Assembly (NCBI GenBank): GCA_002269645.1
Contig: NIVC01003284.1
Location: 57,273-106,585, forward strand
Direction of reading: 5' to 3'
Length of the DNA stretch: 49,313 bases
Source: Macrostomum lignano
Taxonomy: Eukaryota
The notes beneath the pieces were generated by a model. That model did no database searches. It worked only from the letters and a program-made list of their open reading frames with translations, and was not told the origin of the DNA. Positions 9,501-19,560 of the stretch are shown here, piece after piece. Both the position numbers and the translations under genes were made by a program. Each line of letters opens with the position of its first letter. Position 1 is the stretch's first letter.

Positions 9501-11730
9501 CACACCAGACAAGTGTCATGTCATCGGACCTGAGACCTCCATCTGAGACACGAGATGAGTACTTGGCACCTGTCAAACACCAGACAAGTGTCATGTCATC
9601 GGACCTGAGACCTCTATCTGAGACAAAAGATGAGGACTTGGAACCTGTCACACACCAGACGAGCGGCATGTCATCGGACCTGATACCTCCATCTGAGACA
9701 AAAGATGAGGACTTGGCACCTGTCACACACCAGACGAGTGACATGTCATCGGACCTGAGACCTCCATCTGAGACAAAAGATGAGGACTTGGAACCTGTCA
9801 CACACCAGACGAGCGGCATGTCATCGGACCTGATACCTCCATCTGAGACAAAAGATGAGGACTTGGCACCTGCCACACACCAGACGAGTGACATGTCATC
9901 GGACCTGAGACCTCCATCTGAGACGCGAGATGAGGACTTGGCACCTGTCATACACCAGACAAGCGGCTTGTCATCGGACCTGAGACCTCCATCTGAGACA
10001 AAAGATGAGGACTTGGAACCTGTCATACACCAGACAAGCGGCATGTCATCGGACCTGAGACCTCCATCTGAGACGCGAGATGAGTACTTGGCACCTGTCA
10101 CACACCAGACGAACGTCATGTCATCGGACCTGATACCTCCATCTGAGACACGAGATGAGTACTTGGCACCTGTCAAACACCAGACGAGCGGCATGTCATC
10201 GGACCTGAGACCTCCATCTGAGACGCGAGATGAGGACTTGGCACCTGTCGCACATCATGTCGGTGGCGTAGAGCAAGGACTTAATCCGCCTTCTGGGAGT
10301 GCAGATACCCAAGATGAGCTCAGTGCGCTTTCATTGGAGCTTGAACCAGCTCACGAGAATCGAACCGACGCATTGGGAGCGATGTTTCACAAGCAAAGTG
10401 AAAGCTCGCCAGAAACTGGTGGACAGGCTCAGTCCCATGAGGAAGAGCTCACTACTGAACCCGTCAAACACGAGTACACTGCAATGTCTCCTCATTCAGC
10501 AGAACATCGCGAACAGGCGTTGAAAGCAAAGCAACTGCAGCGAATCGACAACTCGCTGAACTCGGATCGTCCTGAAAACTCATCTCCGTCTAGCGAGGTG
10601 TCGGAATCTTCCGCAAACGAGCTTCGACCAGATCTACTTCGGGACTCGAATCAGCCCCCAATTAACAGGAAGCATGCTAAGCATCCTTCGGAGCAGCGCG
10701 GCGGGGCCGCTACGCCACCCGTGATGGCGAATTTTGCCTGCCACGTCGAACGGGGAAACAGCTGCGCGTCCAGCGTCCGTTCGCGTTCAGACACCGACGA
10801 AGCTGGCGCAGATACAGCTGCAACGAACTCGCCCAAGATATCGAAGTTCAGCTGTCGGGTTTACCGCAACGGAGAACTGGTGGAAGCCAACGATATCAGT
10901 GAGGCTCCGCCTGCGGATGGAGCAGCAGCTCGGTCGAGCGTGTGCTCATCAGCATCAACCGCCGAGGAGCGAGAAGAGTGGCACGAGTTCAACGGACGCA
11001 CGGTATCAGTGTGAGTTGCCTGCGCAGTTGGCTAAACGCTTTTTTAAACTCAATAGCAAATACCGGTACAAGAATCGCACACATGTACTCGTAGTTCGTA
11101 AGACCTAGCTCTTGCCCAATGCAAGGGTCTTGGTCCGCCTTTCCCTTACATGTAGGTGCATCCACCAAAGGTCAGGTCTACGAATCCAGAAACATCTGAA
11201 AAGGCGGTTTCCAAATCAACACTTTTTGTGTAATAAACCAGCTAGGGAGAGTTTTTCAGTTGGCTTCATGGAAAAGTTTCCTCAAAAATGGGGAAAACTT
11301 TTCTTCGACTAAAAGGTTCGGGAAGTCGCGGATAAGTTCAACTTGTACATGTAGTTCCCTAAGCTCCAACCCACCCACCACCAGAAAGCTTTTCAGTGTT
11401 TCTGTATCCTGGAAAAGCTCAGCAAGAGACTCAAAAATATTTCTCAATTTCTCGCTAAATCTCAGGACGCGGATCTCGCAGCCGATGCCGGAATGCCCGC
11501 AGTCTTGGAGTTCAACTCGTCGCGAGCGGCGCCCCCGACGAAGTCACCCGGTGTGCCAAGTCGGCGTCACCGACGGCAACCAGGTAAACGTTGCTTGGCT
11601 GCCAAGCCTGAGGCGCGGTCACGGAGGACAGCAGGTTGTTAAGGACGCAGAGTTGGACGTTGTCAGACAAACGTTAAAAGCACCGTTTCTGTCCTCCGTC
11701 GGATTAGAAATGTCTGATCGAGGCTGCGAC
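3502..11730 (+). CDS. Multi-exon gene for a large acidic, mostly disordered repeat protein (possible AKAP-type scaffold); two frameshifts in the giant exon
   Basis: Candidate exons are 3502-3614, 4842-5112, 5905-6067, about 6602-11010 and possibly 11466-11730. All have AG/GT boundaries and matching phases (2, 0, 1, 2). The giant exon is split over ORFs 6496-7899, 7806-8174 and 8156-11014. Frameshifts lie near 7785-7795 and 8135-8150; the second is located by the internal repeat EHQDSVLSVELNAP. The start codon and the first and last exons are uncertain. Confidence 0.55.
4213..4797. repeat. 47-bp tandem repeat interrupted by a solo LTR
   Basis: Unit TCCCGTATCTAAGGTAAACCATTCGTTGCTATGGTGCAGGGATTAGG, about 5.4 copies at 4543-4797, plus about 1.6 diverged copies at 4213-4289. 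Confidence 0.95.
4290..4536. mobile_element. Solo LTR (247 bp)
   Basis: Begins TGTT and ends AACA. It is flanked by the exact 5-bp TSD ATTAG (4285-4289 and 4537-4541). Removing it restores the 47-bp repeat unit. Confidence 0.75.
5172..5524 (-). mobile_element. tRNA-derived SINE, family 2
   Basis: On the minus strand the head has A-box-like AGTGGTCTAGC and B-box-like GGCTTGATTCC, and the tail is AT-rich. About 290 bp is shared in inverted orientation with 48377-48669. Confidence 0.7.
6131..6580. repeat. Two diverged family-2 SINE fragments in inverted orientation (6131-6215 + strand, about 6470-6580 - strand)
   Basis: Both share the core GAGGGCCAA...GAGTGTACA..CTGACGA...GAAA.TC.GGGC with the SINE at 5172-5524. 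Confidence 0.5.
8880..10255 (+). repeat. Coding 75-bp (25-aa) tandem repeat, about 18 copies
   Basis: The unit translates as DEDLAPVTHQTSGMSSDLRPPSETR. The 75-bp period was checked at 9241 and 9316. The frame is open throughout. Confidence 0.95.
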
Positions 11731-13373
11731 GTAAGTTGTTGGGGGAATTAACATTAATATTTTTTTCCTTCTTCGTGTCATTAAGTAAAAGATTAAACAT
11801 TTGGGCTACTTATTATTTCGAGGCGATGACTGCTTAACCCCAAATAAAACTGATTTCAGGTGGTTGTGAAGCAGACTTACCCAACAGTTTCAGCCGGTAT
11901 TCGCGCGTGCTTGGGAGCTGATCGTCAATCGGTTTAATGAGAGGACTCTGCATATATGAAGTTCTTATGCAAGCACTATATACACACATTTTGACAGCTG
12001 TAGGCTGGAACTGATTGGTTAACTCAATTGATTAGCCCTGAACTAAACATTGTAGCAAGCTTATTTTTAAGTTTTAAATACGCTGGTATCAGCAGCATAC
12101 GTTGTTTGTTATGTACCTTGCTTACTATTACGGTAGTAACTGTTATTGCTTTAATTATAGTGTTACACACGTATTGCATGTACTACATCATAATTACAAC
12201 TACAGTATAGAGCCTTGTTATCGATTGCTCCTTAATAAAATCAACTCTGAGTAACTACCTAGACAATCTGATTAAACACATTTTAGCCTTCTCATTGGAA
12301 TTCATTGAGTTCATAAAATCATGCACCAAAAATTAGAGTATGTACTCAGGAGTACTTATCTTCTTAAGTAAAGTAAGAAGGCAGTCAATTTGTCTTTACT
12401 AGTTTAAAAATAAGCCCTATCAGCACTCGCCTAGCCGAGTGTTGCGGTCGGGTAAGAAAGTTTATTTCTCTATGCCGCCAGTAAACTCTGCTCTTCTTAA
12501 CATGTACATATATTCATAATAATTTGGTTTCTTGTTGGCAAAACTTAGCAATAACAAGGCCAAGAGGGTATGAAACAGTTTTGAGTTATACGTACTTATT
12601 ACCCAAGAATAGAAAAACTAGATAATTTTTTTGAAATTGAGTAAAAAACTTAATTAATAAAAAAAGCGAATACGAATTAACTTGAGTAATTACAAACACA
12701 CGATTTAGCCTCCGCTGCTAGACTGATAAAACAGGCAAATTAAACAATGATCTAATAATTAAAATAACACTTGGCAGCACCGACTGGATGAAACAAAAAG
12801 GGCGCAGCATGGCTGTGAGGAGTGTGGAAAATTGTGTGTGACAGCAGATTTCTGTGCGAATGATCTGGAAGCACTGGCATGATTGAGTAGATTTTGAGTA
12901 AGGGGGAGGGGGTGAGTGGCTGGTAACTTGATGATTTATACCTGTAATACCAACAAAAGAAACCTGAAGCCCCATTAATCTCTCATTTTTTAAATTATAG
13001 ATACTATACTACCTAGTTGGGTCACTCGGCAGATTTTCGTATAAGCTACTTATAGTTCAGTAGTAAGTTAAAATAGTAAGCATTTTAATGTATTTTATAT
13101 AGATTAACCCCGAACATCGAGCGACTGTCTGACACGTGAATCTGAAGTTACACTACTGTTAATCTACCGCTGGAATTACTTTACACATTGTTTGGTCTTT
13201 GAAATCCTCTCTCTCATAATATATGAGTATTTATTACGTTTTAAGTTGGTTTGTTTTGCCAGAGAAATTCAACGAAAACGGAGACGCGCAATCTCGCCTT
13301 GGAATAAAATCTTTAAAAACCGGCAGCAGCACAAATCTTGTGACCAGTGGAACACTGAACACTGTTGCCAGCT

Positions 13374-15298
13374 CTAGTCGGAGAGGAGCGCCTGCAGAGA
13401 CTTCGGCGTGCTCGGATTATTCAGCGTCCTGGTGCTGTACTTGAGCACGTTGAGCAGCGCCTCGCACAGCTGCTTTTCGCCCGGCTGCTGCGCCTGGTGA
13501 TGCTGGTCGGGGCGCAGCACCCGGATGCAAGCCCGGATGTCCACCAGGGAGCCGCGAGCGAACACTCCCAATGGGTGCACATAGTCGTAGAGGACGCACA
13601 CGCCCACCATGACGCGAAGGCAGAGTGGCACCGTTTCCTGGTAATGGGGATTGTGGGATTTAAAAGTACGTTTCAACTGAGGAACAGTGAGGATTTCCAG
13701 ATCCCAACTCTAAACTAAGGAACAATGGGGATTTCCAGATCCCAACTGTAAACTGAGGAACAATGGGAGATTTCCAGATCCCAACTGTAAACTGAGGAAC
13801 AATGGGGATTTCCAGATCCCAACTGTAAACTGAGGAACAATGGGAGATTTCCAGATCCCAACTGTAAACTGAGGAACAATGGGAGATTTCCAGATCCCAA
13901 CTGTAAACTGAGGACCAAAAATATATCCATATCTTAACTGAACTAAGAAACGTCAGTTCCCAACCCCCATCAAACAGCAGATACGCACCTCCGGCTTCTT
14001 AAGCCTGTGCCGCAGATCTGGATTAGCCACCAAGCCGCGGCAAATGTCAGCGATGGCGGCTAAGCACTCCGAAGTGGTGTTCACTGGCAGATTTTTGTGC
14101 GCCGACATAAAAGCGCCGGTGCATTCAGTGAGCAGGCGCATCATTGGCGTGTGCTGTGCATAGAAAATGCTCATCTTGCTTACTTCTTCGTCAGATAGGG
14201 CGCCTTCGGTCTGCGGACGTGTTTTTGGTAAAATGGTTTACAAAGAGTTTCGACTGCTTCTCAGTTAGCATTTTCGCGACTGCACATTGCGTATTTCAGT
14301 AGATTTTCAGCAACTGTTCAATGCGTATTTCAGTGAGTATTCAGCAACTGTTTATTGCGTATTTCAGTAGATTTTCAGCAACTGGTCAATGCATTATTTC
14401 AGTAGATTTTCAGCAACTGTTCAATGCGTTATTTCAGTAGATTTTCAGCAACTGTTCAATGCGTATTTCAGTAGATTTTCAGCAACTGTTCAATGCGTAT
14501 TTCAGTAGATTTTCAGCAACAGTTCAATGCGTTATTTCAGTAGATTTTCAGCAACTGTTCAATGCGTATTTCAGTAGATTTTCAGCAACTGTTCAATGCG
14601 TTATTTCAGTAGATTTTCAGCAACTGTTCAATGCGTATTTCAGTAGATTTTCAGCAACAGTTCAATGCGTTATTTCAGTAGATTTTCAGCAACAGTTCAA
14701 TGCGTTATTTCAGTAGATTTTCAGCAACTGTTAAATGCGTTATTTCAGTAGATTTTCAGCAACAGTTCAATGCGTATTTCAGTAGATTTTCAGCAACTGT
14801 TCAATGCGTATTTCAGTGAGTATTCAGCAACTGTTCAATGCGTATTTCAGTGAGTATTCAGCAACAGTTCAGTGCCTATCGGTTGTACTGAAAAGTTTAA
14901 TCAATTATTATAAGTCCGCATTTTCGTTGCTTTTGCACCTGTCCGTTTGACAGACAAAGATTTCACCAGCCTTGCCGTTAAAACGCGTATCAAGAGAAGC
15001 TTTGCTAATGCGCCATTCGTTACTCCGATAAGACAGCCTTGCTTGCAGCTGGCTAAAAGTGTTCACAGAGCTAATAATACTTCGTATCAGCAAAATTCCA
15101 ACTGTTAAAACTGCAGAAACAACTTGTCTGTAAAAAATAGTCATCTTGGCTAAATGAAGAGCAAACAATTAATACTTTGAACGCATGCACGCATTCGGCT
15201 GTGTACACCTCAGTTGCATTCGGTGAAGCTAAATTGAAGATTGCACAGCCGGAAATAGAATCACGGCAGGAACTATTATTTACTTGAAGCGCTCCTGG

Positions 15299-15330
<32 letters not shown>

Positions 15331-15682
15331 TCACAGCTCCAAGGTAGCACTGACGCATCCAGTCAAGATTAGGTGAATCCTTGGGACCACTTGCGAGGCA
15401 TATTTGCGCGCATTGCATCACGAAATTATTGTGCTGGTTTATTTACAAACTTCTATTCAACTGTGCACGGCTTTTTAAGTCAAGGTAGATAGCAAGAAAC
15501 ATTTGAGGTAGAAGGCAACAGCACGGCTGGCCTCGGCGCTTTGCGGACTAATTTATGCTAAACGGAATTTACTGCACAGACTTCTTCATAATACAATATC
15601 ATTATACCGACTGATAGTTCTTGCTCAGAGTAGGCAAGCATTAATTGATGAACAGATATGAGAGATAGAATACACTGATACT

Positions 15683-15758
<76 letters not shown>

Positions 15759-15837
15759 CAGATACATAGACAGATATATTTAGATAGATAGATAGATAGA
15801 TAGACAGATAGATGGATAGATAGACAGATATATATAT

Positions 15838-15924
<87 letters not shown>

Positions 15925-15929
15925 TAGAT

Positions 15930-15993
<64 letters not shown>

Positions 15994-16628
15994 AACAGAT
16001 AGCCAGACGGACAGGCAGACAAAGACAAACCTTGTGGCGCCGGTGCACCCGCTTATAATAGCTGAGATCGTTGGTCATGGTGGGAGTCTTCATTTTGACC
16101 TCGTCAAACTTGATAACAAAGTCAATGATGAGGGCGAACTGCGTGAACAGAGCCTGCTGCTGCTCAAGATGCTCTTTAGCGGTCTTCTCAGCTGAGCACA
16201 ACGACTCAAGCAGGCTGCTGATGAGGGTCTCCAACTCCTGGCCGAAGCTGTAGGCCTCCTGCAGGCGGCGGACGAGGTCCTGCACGCTGGCCCAGGCCCG
16301 TTCCTGCAGCTCCTCATTGTTGGGATCTGTGAGAGCATTCCGAATCTCGTTAGCGGCGCCTGGATACTCGCGCATCGAGCGCATGATCTCGTCTGTGCGG
16401 GCCAGCACGGCCACGGCGCTGGCATAGTGAGCCTGCTCGGCCTCGGTCGGCTCGGCGACTGGAGGGCGAGAATATGCGGTTGAGCGATTGTGCCCTATTG
16501 TGTCTGCTTTTTTAATCTGATGCTGTTTCAAATATATATATATTGAGCCGATGGACACAATGAAAGATAATAAAAAAGCATTAGGAGACAGACAAAAATT
16601 ACAGACACAGACAGACAGACAGACAGAC

Positions 16629-16724
<96 letters not shown>

Positions 16725-16726
16725 GA

Positions 16727-16770
<44 letters not shown>

Positions 16771-16897
16771 GAAGACAGAAATATGATTCAGTCAGAACTC
16801 AGGCCCTCAGCAACTCACACTCCATATCGATGAAGACATCGGAGGACCTGTCGGCGCCGCCGTCCGATCTGGTCAGCAGTCGAATCAGGTTTCCCAT
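13374..16897 (-). CDS. CYRI: CYRI / FAM49 (CYFIP-related Rac1 interactor), 4 exons, 330 aa, intact
   Basis: Exons are 16819-16897, 16031-16458, 13989-14210 and 13374-13637 (993 nt, phases consistent, GT-AG introns). The protein begins [10 protein letters not shown] (myristoylation-type start) and contains [38 protein letters not shown] and [22 protein letters not shown], all recognisable FAM49 blocks. Confidence 0.95.
13677..13916. repeat. 38-39-bp intronic minisatellite (CYRI intron 3), about 6 copies
   Basis: Unit ACTGAGGAACAATGGGAGATTTCCAGATCCCAACTGTAA. Confidence 0.95.
14288..14875. repeat. 33-35-bp intronic minisatellite (CYRI intron 2), about 17 copies
   Basis: Unit GCGT(T)ATTTCAGTAGATTTTCAGCAACTGTTCAAT. 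Confidence 0.95.
15683..15991. repeat. (AGAT)n microsatellite
   Basis: Directly visible; adjoins the donor side of CYRI exon 2. Confidence 0.97.
16601..16778. repeat. (AGAC)n microsatellite
   Basis: Directly visible in CYRI intron 1. Confidence 0.97.
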
Positions 16898-17736
16898 TGG
16901 CGGCGCTGGCAGTCAGTCAGGTGACGTGGCGAGCTGGAGCGCAGGAATAAAATAAACAACTAAATAACTATCCAATAAAAGGCAGTAATATTTTAGGGCT
17001 GACTAAATTGACTAAAATAGTGTTTGAAAAACACACAGAGAGCGAGAGAGGTCTGGACAACAGGCAAAACCAAACAGTTAATAAGTTTAAATATAGAGAT
17101 CTGTGCGCAACGGTTGGGGCAGAAAATGAAACCTGAACGATCCGAATGCGTTCGGGTTGGCCAAAGCACAGGGCTTAGCGAGATGCCAGTAGGTACAAGG
17201 AGACAGATGTAAGTAGACAGTCGCAGGCAGAACATCCACGATGCAGTGCAGTTTTAAGTAGAGGCAAGTACAGCACCACCGTACAGTGCTGCGCATAGCT
17301 TGGCGAATTTGCTGCACAAAACTCGCTGACAAAAGACAGAGATGAAAGAAGTTTAGAAACTTAATTGTACAGTCAGAACAACATCCACCGATGCCAAGCG
17401 AACCCGCCTTGCCCCCCGCATTAGGCAGAAAGCAGACTGGACTCCAGGCCAGCTTCCACGCAGGCGCCAACAGTGAATTTTTTTAGAAACAGTTGTGAAG
17501 TTCTGAGTTCGGTTTCTCTGCGACTTGAAAAAAGACTCAAAAGAAAAAAACTGTTTACTTTATCTATGACGAATGCCCCACCCCTTGCAAAGCCTGTACA
17601 TTTGTATTTACTGTCTAAGGGCAAATCTCAGCGCTAAACAGATTACACATCCTTAACCTTTAACAAAAACAACTTGAATAATGCTAGTACTCTGATACGG
17701 GATCTGTGGGTTTGGAGGTCAGTGCTGAGAACTTGG

Positions 17737-18390
17737 TATGTGTGGAATCTGTCGAGTTAGAGCTCTGTGATGAGCACTCTGTGGTGTGGAATCTGTGGAG
17801 TTATAGCTCTGTGATGAGCACTCTGTGGTGTGGAATCTGTCGAGTTAGAGCTCTGTGATGAGCACTCTGTGGTGTGGAATCTGTGGAGTTATAGCTCTGT
17901 GATGAGCACTCTGTGGTGTGGAATCTGTCGAGTTAGAGCTCCGTGATGAGCACTCTGTGGTGTGGAATCTGTCGAGTTAGAGCTCTGTGATGAGCACTCT
18001 GTGATGTGGAATCTGTGGAGTTAGAGATCTGTGATGAGCACTCTGTGGTGTGGAATCTGTGGAGTTAGAGATCTGTGATGAGCACTCTGTGATGTGGAAT
18101 CTGTGGAGTTAGAGATCTGTGATGAGCACTCTGTGGTGTGGAATCTGTGGAGTTAGAGATCTGTGATGAGCACTCTGTGATGTGGAATCTGTGGAGTTAG
18201 AGATCTGTGATGAGCACTCTGTGATGTGGAATCTGTGGAGTTAGAGATCTGTGATGAGCACTCTGTGGTGTGGAATCTGTGGGGCTAGAGCTCAATTATG
18301 AGCACTCTGTGGTGTGGAATCTGTGGGGCTAGAGCTCAATTATGAGCACTCTGTGGTGTGGAATCCGTGGGGCTAGACCTGAATGATGAG
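17737..18390. repeat. 44-bp tandem repeat, about 15 copies
   Basis: Unit GTGGTGTGGAATCTGTGGAGTTAGAGCTCTGTGATGAGCACTCT; the period was checked at 17781 and 17825. Confidence 0.95.
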
Positions 18391-18829
18391 CTTAGTGTGA
18401 AAATGAAAATCAACTTGGGCCTTTTTCTCACAATATATATTGCCAGATCTCACTATGTTATCTGGGCTCATTGGCTTTTTTATCTGTGATAATCTGTCAA
18501 ATACCAGAAGTTATTATGGGGAGAAATTCTATCATAGATATTCTCAGTAGCTTATTAAATATTACCAGTTAGCATTTCAGGATATTGCTTGGCTTAATGT
18601 ATTAGGCACCTTACTACTTATACATCTCATATACTACTTTTAGCCTTTGGCATTTTTAAGATTAGATCATAGCACCTATAATATTGCTTTAGTATATATT
18701 TTAATATCCTTTTATAGAACTTCTCCTGAAAATATTTTTATATTCTTTATCCAAGCTACTTTTACAATATATATATACTAGCCTTATATGAGTGTATTTA
18801 GCCCCTATATGTATTGCACAATTGTTGAA

Positions 18830-19560
18830 GCCTACAAGATGTGTCAGAAGTCTGTATTGATTGCATTTGTAGACTTTTGCAAAGCTTTTGATTTGATCTT
18901 CCAACTGGCAAAGATTTGATCTTCCCTGGCACTTTCATCTGCACTATCATGGACCTCTACGTGGACATGTGTACCTCTTTGTCTAGACTACCAATGGCCC
19001 AACCAAAGAATTCCCAACCACCTTTGGAGTGCTTCAGGGGGTCAGGGGGACACCTTGCCTCCCTTTTCTTCATTCTTGCAATCAACTATGTCCTATGGCT
19101 ATCTTTGCAAGAAGAAGACAGATACATCTTAGCCTCCAGGAGGGGCCATTGGTAACCCACCATCATTCTTGCCACTTTAGCTTATGCTAATGACATTGCT
19201 CTAGTATGCAAGGAAAAGCTTGCAGCCCAGCACACCTTAGACAAACTCTGCCTAGAAGCCTTGGGTGTCAGCCTCATTGTCAATGGGAGAAAAAAGTGAT
19301 GCACATTGGTATTAGCATTGCACCTAAAAATTAGCATTGCAAAATAATCTCAACCTACCAAGACTTCTTCTGCTACCTGGGTCCATTGATCTTGAATCTT
19401 GAAGATATCATCACAGGCCAGAAAGTACAAGCCTGGCATGTTGCTATTAAGATCAGCCTATCTTCAGCTCCGCAGTGCCTGATACGTACAAGATCAAGTT
19501 GCTCCATGTCACAGTCAAACCAATCCTACTCTACAGACTAGAAGCTGTACCAGCAACTAC
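18830..19560 (+). mobile_element. Highly degenerate RTE-like LINE reverse transcriptase relic
   Basis: Broken motifs: LIAFVDFCKAFD (about 18857-18892), GVLQG..TL..FFILAINYVL (about 19027-19095), LAYANDIAL (about 19177-19203, YADD mutated to YAND) and YLG (about 19373-19381). Confidence 0.75.

Noticed and set aside
9166-10194. 342-aa antisense ORF over the 75-bp array
   Set aside because: It is a shadow of a repeat unit that lacks stops in that frame; there is no independent evidence.
17737-18390. C/D snoRNA array suggested by the repeated GTGATGA (C box)
   Set aside because: There is no CTGA D box or terminal stem in the unit; it is a simple tandem repeat.
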